A stretch of DNA of 63,749 bases, counting the filler, from Licmophora abbreviata (lineage: Eukaryota), in assembly GCA_900291995.1 (NCBI GenBank). It is 19 parts of 19 records of this genome, joined end to end, with 100 filler letters (N's around TTAATTAATTAA, not from the genome) between each part and the next. Parts side by side here need not be neighbours in the genome. Positions count along the whole stretch, not along the records: positions 35,313 to 36,761 come from OLMU01005971.1; positions 36,862 to 39,159 come from OLMU01005972.1; positions 39,260 to 43,495 come from OLMU01005973.1; positions 43,596 to 44,892 come from OLMU01005974.1; positions 44,993 to 47,682 come from OLMU01005975.1; 14 more parts are not named here. One strand, given 5' to 3'. The notes beneath the pieces are model-generated. The model made no database searches, was not told the DNA's origin, and saw only the letters and a list, made by a program, of their open reading frames with translations. The translations under genes were made by a program, and so were the position numbers. Below are positions 36,596-47,266 of this stretch, in pieces (positions within the stretch are counted from its first letter, which is position 1; each line of letters starts with the position of its first letter).

Positions 36596-36652
36596 TCGAG
36601 TGACTCTAGACTGACTCGACTCGACTCGACTCGAATCAATCGAATCCAATCT
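36596..36652. repeat. (GACTC)n-type short tandem repeat
   Basis: gactcgactcgactcgactcgaatc. Confidence 0.7.
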
Positions 36653-36911
36653 GAGTGTAAGTGTGATGGCTGCGCGACTGACTCCGACTGATGCTGCGCG
36701 TCATGGTGGGCGCGCGACGCAGCAAAGGTGTGTATGACGTTTGAAATACGTATTTTCTCTANNNNNNNNNNNNNNNNNNNNNNNNNNNNNNNNNNNNNNN
36801 NNNNNTTAATTAATTAANNNNNNNNNNNNNNNNNNNNNNNNNNNNNNNNNNNNNNNNNNNNATATAAGTTCAAAGGCCATTCGGCTCGAGAGGACCTCAC
36901 AGCCAACCATT

Positions 36912-37301
36912 TTACGTTGCAGGCAAGGGATACAACTTCATCGTAATCCCACCCTGCGCACCTTCTTCAACTTCCAAGACATGGTTCACCATGACATCAT
37001 CTGGGTCGCCTCGTTCCGCAAGATAATCGATCGCCGACAACAGGTAGGCTTTCGACTGCTCACGGGACGTGCAGGGAATAATGATGATCCCCGGATGAAT
37101 TTCTTCTCGAGCGACCAATGCTCGAAAATCTCTTGCATTCTCGGTCACGATCACAAGGTTTTCGCGCGTCGCCCTTGCCAAGACGGCATGATCCGTTTCG
37201 CCCATGCCGCCTTGATTTCGCGGATGAACCGCGTAATGCCCGATTTCAATCAGTTCGATGGCCACTTTCGGCGATAAGCACTCGTCAATAAATAGCTGCA
37301 A
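36912..37301 (-). CDS. DUF5615 PIN-like toxin (VapC45-like)
   Basis: LFIDECLSP, DHAVLARA, VIVTENARDF, HPGIII. Confidence 0.88.
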   Translation of the reverse strand: MQLFIDECLSPKVAIELIEIGHYAVHPRNQGGMGETDHAVLARATRENLVIVTENARDFRALVAREEIHPGIIIIPCTSREQSKAYLLSAIDYLAERGDPDDVMVNHVLEVEEGAQGGITMKLYPLPAT

Positions 37302-37325
37302 ATTCGCGCGCTTTCCTGTTCCACT

Positions 37326-37928
37326 TCAGCGCCACGGCTTTCCAGCTCCAGGCCTTCCGCGAACGGGATGGCTATTTGCGTAAGTCAGCGCGGCCTCGAA
37401 GACTTCTTTCGAGACTTCACCATCGTAATCCTGAACGAGATCGTCAAGCGTGTCACCGGCATCCACACGGCCCTTAACAGACCGGCATGTAATCCTAGTC
37501 CCTTTGATAATGGGCTCGCCACCAAGAATTTCCGGATCGCTCGTCAGATACTTATTCTTTGCTGCCATGTAGGAACGAGTGAGGGACCATTCCATGCCGG
37601 CGATGGCGTCAAGATTAAGCAGTAGGCCTTCACCCAAGTCCGCCACCCCGAAAGAGCCCTCAAGCCTGCGAGTTGTCCTAAGAAATCGCCACAGACGCTT
37701 TTTGAAGATCTTGTTCGGGGAAATGTTTGCACAGTTTTTAAGGGTAGCTGTATAGACTACGGTTTCCGCGGGCACGTGAAATACCTCACGCTTGACCAGA
37801 TACCCTGTGTATTTCTTCTTGTGAACGATGCCTTCTTCACACGACTTCTCAACCTTGCGGACAGAAACACCTGCAAGATGGGCGGCCTCGTTCACAGTGA
37901 GAACTTCGATGTGTGCTGTCGTTGCCAT
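37326..37928 (-). CDS. DUF433 antitoxin with N-terminal HTH
   Basis: SDPEILGGEPIIKGTRI...GDTLDDLVQDY...AALTYA; LTVNEAAHLAGVS HTH; directly upstream of the PIN gene. Confidence 0.9.
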   Translation of the reverse strand: MATTAHIEVLTVNEAAHLAGVSVRKVEKSCEEGIVHKKKYTGYLVKREVFHVPAETVVYTATLKNCANISPNKIFKKRLWRFLRTTRRLEGSFGVADLGEGLLLNLDAIAGMEWSLTRSYMAAKNKYLTSDPEILGGEPIIKGTRITCRSVKGRVDAGDTLDDLVQDYDGEVSKEVFEAALTYANSHPVRGRPGAGKPWR

Positions 37929-37947
37929 AATCCTTCCCTTCTAGGGG

Positions 37948-37977
37948 AATATATAAGGTCTGGGGCGTTCATGTCAA
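37948..37977 (-). promoter_or_regulatory. Sigma70-like promoter of the DUF433-PIN operon
   Basis: Perfect TTGACA (37977-37972), 18 nt, TATATT (37953-37948), then GAAGGA RBS before ATG 37928. Confidence 0.7.
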
Positions 37978-38093
37978 CGCTGACGCGCTCACAACGCCCG
38001 CGAACGATCCGCCCCGACGGCAACCTGACTCACACACCGGAGTTACATCCTTGAAACTGGAAACGACAGTTAGCGAACTCAATTATCCAAAAT

Positions 38094-38110
38094 TGTAGTC
38101 GCTGACTACA
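38094..38110 (+). promoter_or_regulatory. Palindromic operator overlapping a putative -10 (TACACT) of the relE-XRE operon
   Basis: Perfect inverted repeat TGTAGTC-gct-GACTACA ending 25 nt before ATG 38136. Confidence 0.65.
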
Positions 38111-38135
38111 CTGTCGCCGAGGGTTACATAAGGCC

Positions 38136-38390
38136 ATGAAAGAAATCGTCTACTCGAAAAGAGCCAATAAGGCGATCATGCGAATGCCAAGGAACTGGGC
38201 AATTCGAATTCGCGACAAAATCAGCTCGCATGCCGACAACCCGGCTTCGCAGGCGGATAATGCCAAAGCGCTGCAGGGCATGGATGGGATGCTGCGACTT
38301 CCGGTGGGAGAATGGCGGATTGTAATGTGCGACGGTGTTGTACTCGAGATCCTAGACATCAAGGCGCGCGGCAGTGCTTACAAGGAGTGA
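38136..38390 (+). CDS. RelE/ParE-family toxin
   Basis: IVYSKRANKAI...AKALQG...LRLPVGEWRIV...ILDIKARGSAY. Confidence 0.88.
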   Translation: MKEIVYSKRANKAIMRMPRNWAIRIRDKISSHADNPASQADNAKALQGMDGMLRLPVGEWRIVMCDGVVLEILDIKARGSAYKE

Positions 38391-38395
38391 CGCAG

Positions 38396-38776
38396 ATGAA
38401 TGAAATGGTCACCATCCCAAAAGACGAATACCTCCGCCTCAAAGCCCTTGAGGAGGATCTTGCAGACCTTCAGAGCGTTTCGGATATTCTGAAACGTCTT
38501 GATGCGGGTGAAGAAGAGTTGGTCCCTGCTCTGGTTGTGGATCGACTTTTGGACGGAGAGCAGCCCTTGGTTGTCTGGAGACAACACCGCGGCCTCACGC
38601 AGGCTGAGCTTGCACGACGCTCCGGCGTGAACAGGGTTCAGATCATTGATATTGAGGCTGGGCGCAAAACCGGATCGGTCGAGACGCTGAGAAAGCTGGC
38701 GTCAACATTGGAAATCGATATCGACGATCTCGTTTCACCTACGAATGCCCGCGACGATGGAGGTCTCACGAACTGA
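38396..38776 (+). CDS. XRE-family HTH antitoxin (toxin-first, HigBA-like order)
   Basis: AAGGAG RBS; MVTIPKDEY; WRQHRGLTQAELARRSGVNRVQIIDIEAG. Confidence 0.9.
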   Translation: MNEMVTIPKDEYLRLKALEEDLADLQSVSDILKRLDAGEEELVPALVVDRLLDGEQPLVVWRQHRGLTQAELARRSGVNRVQIIDIEAGRKTGSVETLRKLASTLEIDIDDLVSPTNARDDGGLTN

Positions 38777-38824
38777 ATTGGCGTTTTCGGCCACACACCA
38801 TGACGTTATCACATAACGCCGCCC

Positions 38825-39499
38825 TCAGTTCAGCCTGACCTGCGCCCCCTGCCCGGCCATGGTTTTGGCCGCCTCACGCACCCAGTCAGGAAAGGCTTGC
38901 TGCGACCATCCGGCCTTGCGGTAGTGATCGGCCAGCCCGTCGAGCACGGCGCGGGTGTTGCGGTGGGACATGAAAAACCGCGCGGTCACGCTTGCCTCGT
39001 CGGTGAAACTCACCGTGACGCCACCTGCGCGGGGCCCAAGCCGTATCGTGGTGCAGAGCCAGCAGGACGTCACAGGTGCTGTGCGCAAGGACGTGGTGCC
39101 ACGCGGGCTGCGCGCGCCTGTGGCGGCTCCTTTCTGCGCGCGCTCCAACCGAAGTTGGTNNNNNNNNNNNNNNNNNNNNNNNNNNNNNNNNNNNNNNNNN
39201 NNNTTAATTAATTAANNNNNNNNNNNNNNNNNNNNNNNNNNNNNNNNNNNNNNNNNNNNCGCTGTAAAGCTCTGGGCGAGTTCCCGGTCAAGATCCTGCG
39301 CGAGGGCCGCCACCAGCTTGTTCGTGAGCCGCTGGGTCATCCAGATGCCTTCGAGGCGGCCGGCCTTGTTAGTGGCGTCGAGCCGCAACCGGTCTTCCTG
39401 TGCGTCAAAGCGCAGTGTGAAGGTCTCGATCAGGAACACCCGCTGCGCCGGTCTGCGGGCTGTTTGTACAACGCCTTGCCCTGCGACGTCAGAGGTCAT
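38825..39499 (-). CDS. Hypothetical protein at the distal end of the T1SS cluster; spans the 39160 gap
   Basis: GGAGG RBS; FTLRFDAQEDRLRL...IWMTQRL before the gap and WL...YRKAGW...FPDW after it, same strand. Confidence 0.7.
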
Positions 39500-39587
39500 C
39501 GCGCCCTCCATCTCTGAGCATCGGCCCTAGCCGCAAAGCCCCCTTCTGGGCCAAAAGCGCGCGGTCATGAAACAGCTGCATGAGGCC

Positions 39588-40133
39588 CTACTCCCCCGAG
39601 ATGAAGCCAAGTCTGCGGAAAGCTTCGGGCAAGCCGCAGTTTGATGCGGTGGCTTCAGCGACAGCGCTGCGGCCGACGGCATGAAACGCAACAGTCAGGT
39701 TTTCCGCGCGGGCCAGATACCGCAACTCCTGGGCACTCACGGCTCTGCGCGCCAGACAGCCTTCGATGAGGCACATCCGGAAAGGCAGCAGCATCCTTTG
39801 CGTGCCAAATTGCAGGCTTGCCCCTTCCGCGAGATCGACGCCCAAAGGGAGCAGGATGGACGCTGTGACGGTTTCATCGACGGTACTGCGTGCAATGGAG
39901 AGGCGCAGCATCGGTTGATCGGTTCCAGTATCGATGATGCTCTGGACCAGCGCACATTGCGTGACCCCTTCAGCATGGGCCGCACATTCATACTGCCAGT
40001 CGCCGAAAACCTCACCATTCCAAACAGTTTCAGCTGATGCCAGAGGCGAAAGCGACAGGCTCATACACGCCCCGACAAGGCTAATGTGCACGAAGCGTTT
40101 CAGCCTCTGTAAAAACACCCTGCCTGGCATCAT
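39588..40133 (-). CDS. Invasion-associated locus B (IalB) family protein (start uncertain, 40133 or 40064)
   Basis: FGDWQYEC...CALVQ...LPLGVDL..G...PFRMCLIEGC; signal peptide. Confidence 0.85.
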   Translation of the reverse strand: MMPGRVFLQRLKRFVHISLVGACMSLSLSPLASAETVWNGEVFGDWQYECAAHAEGVTQCALVQSIIDTGTDQPMLRLSIARSTVDETVTASILLPLGVDLAEGASLQFGTQRMLLPFRMCLIEGCLARRAVSAQELRYLARAENLTVAFHAVGRSAVAEATASNCGLPEAFRRLGFISGE

Positions 40134-40217
40134 GGCTTGGCCAAAGAAGCGCCACCCAATCCTGTGAGCCCACTCGGATGGTATGGGTGGGCATGCGGCA
40201 AGCGACCACATCGCGGC

Positions 40218-42011
40218 TTACCCCTCCGCCAGATCGAGCGTCACACAAGTGCCATCACTGCCGCTGGCAATTTCCAACTGCCAGCCCTGCTGTTCAGCCC
40301 TTGCGCGCATGTTGGGCAAGCCTCGTCCACTGGAAGCCTGAGCCACATCGAACCCTTTGCCGTCATCATTGATCTCGATTATCTGCTGGTTCGTCTCAAC
40401 CCGGACAGCAATCGAGATCGATCGCGCGTTTGCATGCCTAATCGCATTGGTCAAGGCTTCCTGAACGATACGCGCGGCTTGCAACATCGGGCGTGCCGGC
40501 AGCTCAATCTCGCGCGCTGCATCGATGCTCCAGTCAATAGTAATGGGCATCGAGCGCGTGCGAGTGCGCATCCGTTGCGCAAGGTTGGCCAGCATGCTCC
40601 AGAGGCTTTCCTCCTCGGCATCGAAACTGTCAAAGAGCAGCCGTAGATCATTTAGACAATCATCAATGATCTCAACCGCGTGTTCAGGCGAGACCGCCCC
40701 ACGGAGCAGGCGCAGCTTGCCAATGGCCAGCTGATTGCCGAAACCGTCATGGATATCCTGCAAAAGCGCTGCACGCTCCGCGATACGGGCTTTCGTGCTC
40801 TCGATTTGCCGCAGGTCCCGGTTTGCGCGACGCAACGCCTGTTCGCTGACTTTCTGAGCGGTAATGTCCTGAATAACCCCTTCCCAAATCCATGTCCCAT
40901 CCTCCATCAGACGCGGAATAGATTCTGCAACCACCCATCGGACCTGCCCCTCCACAAGGAGGCGCGTCTCTTCCCGAAAAGGCATCTTGTGCACGAAGGC
41001 ATGGGCGTTTTTCTGGACCCAATCATCGTAGTTATCAGGGTGCACGCAGGCAAAGCCTCGCAGCGGATCAGCGCGCGCCTCCTCTTCCTCAAGCCCGGTA
41101 ATCTCGAGAAACCTGCGGCTCATGAATCCGAAACGCGCCAGATCGTCACCGGGCCTGATAACCATTGTATAAGTCCCGACCGGGATATTCTCTGTGATTT
41201 CATAGGCTGTCCGCTCCAGTGCTGCCTGGGCATCAAAAAGTTCACCAAGCAGCTGTTGGTTTGATGCTTCAGAACGCTGAAGCTTGTCCATTTCGTCCGT
41301 GACATCGAAGCTCACGCCAGACAAGGCAGTGGGCATACCTATCTCATCTCTTTTGCTTACTCCCGCATGCACGCGGAGCCAGACCCAACTTCCATCCTCA
41401 AGTTTGCGGCGATAGAGCAACGTGTAGTGCTCGATATCGCCGCGCTCCAGCGCATGAACAGCGGCGCTAACTTCAGGCGCATCATCCGGATGCACCTTGG
41501 CAAGCCAATCATCACTCGTGACGCGGGTCTCGCCGTCGTCATGCTTGGCGAATTGGGCCCAACGAATACCAAATTGCGATTGGCCACTGCGCATGTCTCG
41601 ACGCCAAGTGTAGGCTTGGGCGGCGTCCAGTACGTTCTCGAAACGCTCCTGAAGCTCCACAACATCGGTCAGGTCCTGCAAAACGCCGGTATAGAGCCGT
41701 TCTGGATCATCTTTGGCAGGAGGTATTAAATCAATGCGCACGTATTTGACTGCGCTCTGGGTTTGCAGGCGCCCCTGCCAAAGTACCGCCGAGCCGCTTT
41801 GTACCGCGCCACGCAGAGAATCCTGAAAGGCCGTGCGATCCTGAGGATGCACAAGATCAACAAGATCGCCTTGCACCTGCAGGCAAGCTTGCTCGACAAT
41901 TTCCAGAAACGCCGCGTTTGCAGATGCGAAGCGAACTCTGCCTGACGTCTCGATCGACAGATGGACCAACCCAACCGGGACCTGCACGGGTGCACTTTCA
42001 CAAAATCTCAT
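40218..42011 (-). CDS. Soluble multi-PAS sensor histidine kinase (HisKA_3 / NarX-like core)
   Basis: Three VHP(Q/D)D PAS/PAC units, QDIHDGFG H-box, QEALTNAIRHA, DDGKGF, GRGLPNMRARA; no TM helix. Confidence 0.92.
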   Translation of the reverse strand: MRFCESAPVQVPVGLVHLSIETSGRVRFASANAAFLEIVEQACLQVQGDLVDLVHPQDRTAFQDSLRGAVQSGSAVLWQGRLQTQSAVKYVRIDLIPPAKDDPERLYTGVLQDLTDVVELQERFENVLDAAQAYTWRRDMRSGQSQFGIRWAQFAKHDDGETRVTSDDWLAKVHPDDAPEVSAAVHALERGDIEHYTLLYRRKLEDGSWVWLRVHAGVSKRDEIGMPTALSGVSFDVTDEMDKLQRSEASNQQLLGELFDAQAALERTAYEITENIPVGTYTMVIRPGDDLARFGFMSRRFLEITGLEEEEARADPLRGFACVHPDNYDDWVQKNAHAFVHKMPFREETRLLVEGQVRWVVAESIPRLMEDGTWIWEGVIQDITAQKVSEQALRRANRDLRQIESTKARIAERAALLQDIHDGFGNQLAIGKLRLLRGAVSPEHAVEIIDDCLNDLRLLFDSFDAEEESLWSMLANLAQRMRTRTRSMPITIDWSIDAAREIELPARPMLQAARIVQEALTNAIRHANARSISIAVRVETNQQIIEINDDGKGFDVAQASSGRGLPNMRARAEQQGWQLEIASGSDGTCVTLDLAEG

Positions 42012-42030
42012 AATCGATCGAAGCCTTTGT

Positions 42031-43337
42031 TTAATCCCGCAACGCTAATTCCTGGACCCGCGCCAGCGGCTGCCAGAAATACTCTAACACGGTTCGCGTC
42101 CCTGAAAGCACATCTACGGTCGCAGTCATACCAGGAATGAAGGTAACGATCTCGCCGGTTTCCAGGGTCAGATCACCTTCGATGGCCACATCGACGAGGT
42201 AATGGCTCATTCCACCATTCTGTTCATCGACCACAGCATCCGGGCTGATGCGGATCACGCGGCCATCGACAGAGCCGTATTTGGCAGAGTCATAAGCCGA
42301 AAGCCTGATACGCACAGCGTCACCCACTCTGATCCGCGAGATATCCTGCGGCATGATCTTGGCCTCGATGATCAGCGCCTCGCCGGTTGGCACCAGTTCC
42401 AGGATCACGTCGCCCGTATTCACGAAGCCGCCAGGTGTGCGGAAGTTGAGCTGACTGACGATGCCCTCCATCGGCGCGCGGATCACCGTGCGGCTGACGC
42501 GCTCCTCCATCCGGGGCAATGACTCTGCCAGTTCACTTTGCTCTGCCACCACAGTGTTCAGCTCATCCATCGCGCGGAGGCGGTAATTGGCGCGCGCATT
42601 TTCGATCTCGGTTTCCAGCTCGGCCATGCCGGAGCGGGCTTGATCGATGCCGACGGCGGCGCGGTCGCGCTCGCCGCGGGCCTGTTCCAGTTGGCGCTGC
42701 AACTCCAGAAGGCGTGTGGCCGGCGCAATATTGTCACGCACCAACGGTTCAACCACGGCAATCTCTTCTTCCAGAAATCCTGCGGTACGCTCAGCGGTGC
42801 CCACGGTGCTTTCGGCCGAACGTAGGTCCTGCCCGCGCTGCTGCAGGCGTTGTTCCAGCACGGCCAATTGCCCGGCCAGTTCCGCGCGGCGAGCGGCAAA
42901 AAGACTCTGTTCGGTCAGCGCCACCATGGGGGAGCGCGCGTTGAGCTCTGCCGGTAAGACGAATTCCCCGCCTTCGATCTCGGCGCGCAAGCGCAGCTCC
43001 TTGATATCGAGTGCGGCAAGGCGTTGCGCCACACGGTTCAACTCGCTGCTGGCATCGACCGGGTCGATCTCGAAAAGCACCTCCCCTTCGGCGACCGTGC
43101 TGTTCTCGGAGACGAAGCGGCGCAGGATTACGCCGCCTCGGCGGCCTGCACCATCTGGTTCTGCACCGAGGAAACGATCCGCCCCTCGCCGCGTGTTACA
43201 TTGTCAAGCTCTGCCCAGGAGGCCCAGAGGATCGCGAGACCAACAAGTGTCCCGATCGTAATCATGATCAGCGAGCCGGAGAGGCCCTCGCGCCCCGCCA
43301 TGTCGCGAGAGAGGCGTTTGAAATCAATATCTGCCAT
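42031..43337 (-). CDS. HlyD-family T1SS membrane fusion protein; frameshift at ~43136
   Basis: WASWAELDNVTRGEGRIV; adding one G restores QAAEGGVILRRFVSE; IRAPMEGIV, YGSVDGRV, PGMTATVDV. Confidence 0.93.
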
Positions 43338-43348
43338 GATCGCCTCCC

Positions 43349-45787
43349 TTACCGTGCCTGCGCACGGAGCTTGTCCGGCGTGGTGTCGGCCACCACAGTG
43401 CCCTGATCCATAACCAGTACCCGATCGGCGAGTTCCAGAAGCGTGTTGCGGTGGGTGACCATGATCAGCGTCCGATCACCGGCCCAGTCTTTGAGNNNNN
43501 NNNNNNNNNNNNNNNNNNNNNNNNNNNNNNNNNNNNNNNTTAATTAATTAANNNNNNNNNNNNNNNNNNNNNNNNNNNNNNNNNNNNNNNNNNNNCATCC
43601 ACGCCCGAGACCTTCGCGATGTTCAGGACATGGGCATCGTCATACTCATAGAACCCCATCTGCAGGTTCTCCTTGACCGAGCCTGAGAAGAGCCAGGTCT
43701 CCTGCAGCATCACGCCGATGTTGCGGCGCACGTCGGATTTGTCGATCTGGCGCAGATCGACGCCATCGATCAGCACAGCGCCTTCGCTGGGCTCGATGAG
43801 CCCTGAGATCAGCCGGGACATGGTCGACTTGCCAGACCCCATCCGACCCACGATCGCCACTTTCTGCCCCGCCGGGATCTTCAGCGAGAGATCCTTGAGG
43901 ATCGGACTATTGGCGCCAGGGAAAGTGTAGCTAACCCCCTTCAGCTCCACATTGCCGGCGAGATACGGGCGGCTCAGACGCGCGCGGATGTCTTCGGGCT
44001 CTCCATCGGCTGGGTTCATCACCGCGGAGAGCGAGCGATAGGCTTCGCGCGCGCCATTCGCCCGCGACATGGCCGAGGCCAGCTGCGAGAGCGGCGCGAG
44101 GGTCGCCCCCCCCAAGATCACCGCAGCGATCATCGCGCCCATGGTGATGGTGCCATCCTGGATCAGAAACACGCCGTAAAAGATCGTAGCGATCTGCGCC
44201 AGCTGCTGAACCGAAGCCGCGGAGTTAATGGCGAAGTTCGACAGCATCCGGCTTTTGAGGCCAAGGTCAGACTGGGCATCGGAGGCTTCCTCAAAACGGC
44301 GTCGCATGAGGCGCCCCGAACCGGTAGCCTGTACTGTTTCCAACCCGTTGAGCGTTTCTACCAGCACGGATTGTTTGGACATGTTGCTCTGCATCGACCC
44401 TTCAGTGATGCGCGCAAGAAACGGCTGGATCCCAAGCCCTGCGGCAATCACCAGCGGCACGGCAATCAGCGGCACCAGTGCCAGCGGCCCTGCGATAAGC
44501 GAGATCACCCAGATGAAGAAAAAGATGAAGGGCAGATCGACAATGGCAATCAGCGTGGCGGAGGTGAAAAACTCTCTAAGCGTGTCGAACTCGCGCACGA
44601 TGCTCGCCATGGCGCCTGATTTTTGCCGACGGCTGTCGAGCTTCATCGACAAGATCTTGTCGAAGATCAGCCGTGACATGCGCGCATCGGCCCGCTTGCC
44701 GGCTTTGTCGACAAACTGCGCCCTGAGCGTCTTGATGATGAAATCAAACCCGAGCGCGATCAGCACGCCGATCGTCAGTGCAATCAGCGACTCGATGGCC
44801 TCATTCGGCACCACGCGGTCATAGACCACCATGATGAAGAGCGAGGTCGAAAGCCCCAGAAAGTTCGTCAGCGCCGCGGCAATAATGACCTGNNNNNNNN
44901 NNNNNNNNNNNNNNNNNNNNNNNNNNNNNNNNNNNNTTAATTAATTAANNNNNNNNNNNNNNNNNNNNNNNNNNNNNNNNNNNNNNNNNNNNCGTCAGCG
45001 CCGCGGCAATAATGACCTGGCCATAAAGCCCCCTGCCCTGCGCCAGAGAGCCCCAGAACCAGTCATTCTTGCCATTGGGCTTGGCCGCCGCATGGACCTT
45101 GCGGGCCAACACGACGTAAGGCTCAAGCTGATCTGCCAGATCTTTCTTGGGCAGGTGTTCCTCAATGAAGGGCGCGTCCTCTCGCTCGAAACGGCGCAGA
45201 TGTACCTGTCCCTCATCATCCACGGCGTGGATCACCACCGCCTCGCCACTCTTCAGAAACCCGATCGCGGGGCAATGGCTCGCGCGAAGCTTCTTTGGAG
45301 ACATCTCGCCGTAGCTGGCCTCAAAGCCCACATGGCGCAGCGCCGAGATGGCCGCCATGGGATCAAAGCTCTCGCCGGTCAACTCCGGCAGATCGCGGAC
45401 CGCCCCTGGCGAGAAGGCCATGCCCGAGGGCGACAGGATATGTTGCACCGCCAGGACCAGCGGTGTTTCCACATCGATGCCGGGGGGAAGCTCTGCGGCT
45501 TGCGCACCCTCGCCTGCTTCCACTGGGGGCAGAGCTCCAGCATCTGCATCGTTCTGGACATCGGCATCCTGCAGCGCCACCCTGCCCGCCTCAATCGCGG
45601 CAGACTGTTCGGACGACACGCCAACCTGGACACCGTCCCCGGCGTGTGGCGATCGCGGCGCTTGAGGCACCTTGTCGGCCTGTGCGGCCCCCTTTGGCGC
45701 TCTTGCTGTCTCGCCAGCCTCAGCCTTCACACCATCAAGTCCCATGCGTCCCAGCACGAGCCCGCTTTTCTTGTTCTCTGCCTCCAT
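43349..45787 (-). CDS. T1SS ABC transporter (permease/ATPase with C39-like N-terminal domain); spans two gaps
   Basis: WFWGSL, VYDRVVPN, VDLPF, GRMGSGKST, VTHR...ADRVLVMDQG; 27-nt overlap across the 44893 gap. Confidence 0.93.
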
Positions 45788-45808
45788 AATCTGCGGCGTC
45801 CTTTCTTA

Positions 45809-47266
45809 TTATTCTTGTCGAGCCAAAGTTAGCGGAGCAGGCTCCTCGGACGGCCGTTCTGTCTGCAGGCCAATCCGGCGGCCAAGCTCCCCCGTGCGTG
45901 CTGCAATGGTCAGCAGCAGGATCTGCCGCTCTGCCCGCATCGCGATCTGGCGATCCTGGGCGCGGTAATTCTCGACCTCGGCCTCAACCAACTGGCGCAG
46001 CGTCGATTGACCTGTTGTAATTTGAGACCTTGATGTCTCGACCTCGGACTCGCTCAGCCGGATCTGCTCGGCCACCAGCGGCATCGAGCGCTCGATCCCG
46101 GACAGTCGCGTCACAGCGGCTGCGAGCTCCGCTTCCAGCGCGGCCTGCTCTTGTCGCAGCTGATCTTCCACAGCCGCCCGGCGTGCAATAGCCGCCTCAA
46201 GCTGATGCACCCGACGCTGGCCATCCAGCAGGTTAAAGTCAAAGCCCAACCCAAAATTGCCGCTCGCCGGGTCAGCAGTATCCATTGGCGTCCGCAGACC
46301 CGTTTGCAGTCGGAACCGCGGACGGAAGGCAGCTTCGGCCTCCTCCACCCCATGACGCGCGGCAATCAAACTCGCCACACGCGTTTCAAGGCTGGGGGCG
46401 TTTTGCCAGGCAACCGCCTGCGCGCGCGCCACGGCAGGCGTGACAATTTCTGCAGGCTCGCTCAACCGCCCCGGCGCTTGCCGGAAATGCTGACGAAAGC
46501 GTACCTGTGCGTCCGCCAGATCGGCTTGCAGACGCGTTTCTTCGAGCCGGACATCCACAATCTGACGGCGTGCGCTATCCAGTGCCGCGCGATCGACAAA
46601 GCCATTGGCGGCCATGCGCTCCATCTGGCCCACCATGGTCTCCATCTCCGAGGTGCGGGATCGCAATAACCGGACGCGTTGGTCAAATTGCCAGACATCA
46701 ATCCACGCCTGCGCCACTTCCAGAGAAAGCGCATTGGCCTGTGAGACCCGCTCTGCCTGCGCGCCAAGCGCCTCGGCCGTTGCCCGGTTAATCGCGGCCG
46801 TGCTTTCGCCCCCATCATAGATCAGCTGGCTGAGGCTGATGCCGCCAGAGATGCCGGTCATGGAATCTCCCGCCGTGTCAAACTCCTGAAGCCCGCCCAG
46901 ATTGGCATCTGCGCTCAGCTGCGGCCTGCGCACGCTTTCGGCCACCCCCACCCGGCTGGCCGCTTCACGCTCCTGTGCCAGCGCCGCACGGTAGCCCGCA
47001 TTGGTCTCGACCGCCCTTGCCACAGCCGCCGCGAACCCTTCTGAGAGTGCAACAGGTTCTGCGGCCTCGGCCGAGGATGCTGCCAGCTCGGCCGAGAGAG
47101 CGGCTGACATTTCTGTCACGGCCATTGGCGTGCCGGTGCAGCCGGCCAGCGCAAGCGCCAGCCCCGATACTGTCACAGCCAGCCTCAGGCATCGGCCCGG
47201 TCTCCGAGATTGTTCTGTATTGCCCACAAAAGCCTCACAAGGGCTCGTTATTTCTGTCCTGCTCAT
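45809..47266 (-). CDS. TolC-family outer membrane lipoprotein of the T1SS
   Basis: LALAGC lipobox, AVETNAGYRAA, LSQLIYDGG, FNLLDG, GQSTLRQLVEAE. Confidence 0.9.
   Translation of the reverse strand: MSRTEITSPCEAFVGNTEQSRRPGRCLRLAVTVSGLALALAGCTGTPMAVTEMSAALSAELAASSAEAAEPVALSEGFAAAVARAVETNAGYRAALAQEREAASRVGVAESVRRPQLSADANLGGLQEFDTAGDSMTGISGGISLSQLIYDGGESTAAINRATAEALGAQAERVSQANALSLEVAQAWIDVWQFDQRVRLLRSRTSEMETMVGQMERMAANGFVDRAALDSARRQIVDVRLEETRLQADLADAQVRFRQHFRQAPGRLSEPAEIVTPAVARAQAVAWQNAPSLETRVASLIAARHGVEEAEAAFRPRFRLQTGLRTPMDTADPASGNFGLGFDFNLLDGQRRVHQLEAAIARRAAVEDQLRQEQAALEAELAAAVTRLSGIERSMPLVAEQIRLSESEVETSRSQITTGQSTLRQLVEAEVENYRAQDRQIAMRAERQILLLTIAARTGELGRRIGLQTERPSEEPAPLTLARQE

Noticed and set aside
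43081..43140. Programmed frameshift or phase variation in hlyD
   Set aside because: No slippery heptamer or long tract; same one-base-loss pattern as in four eukaryotic genes
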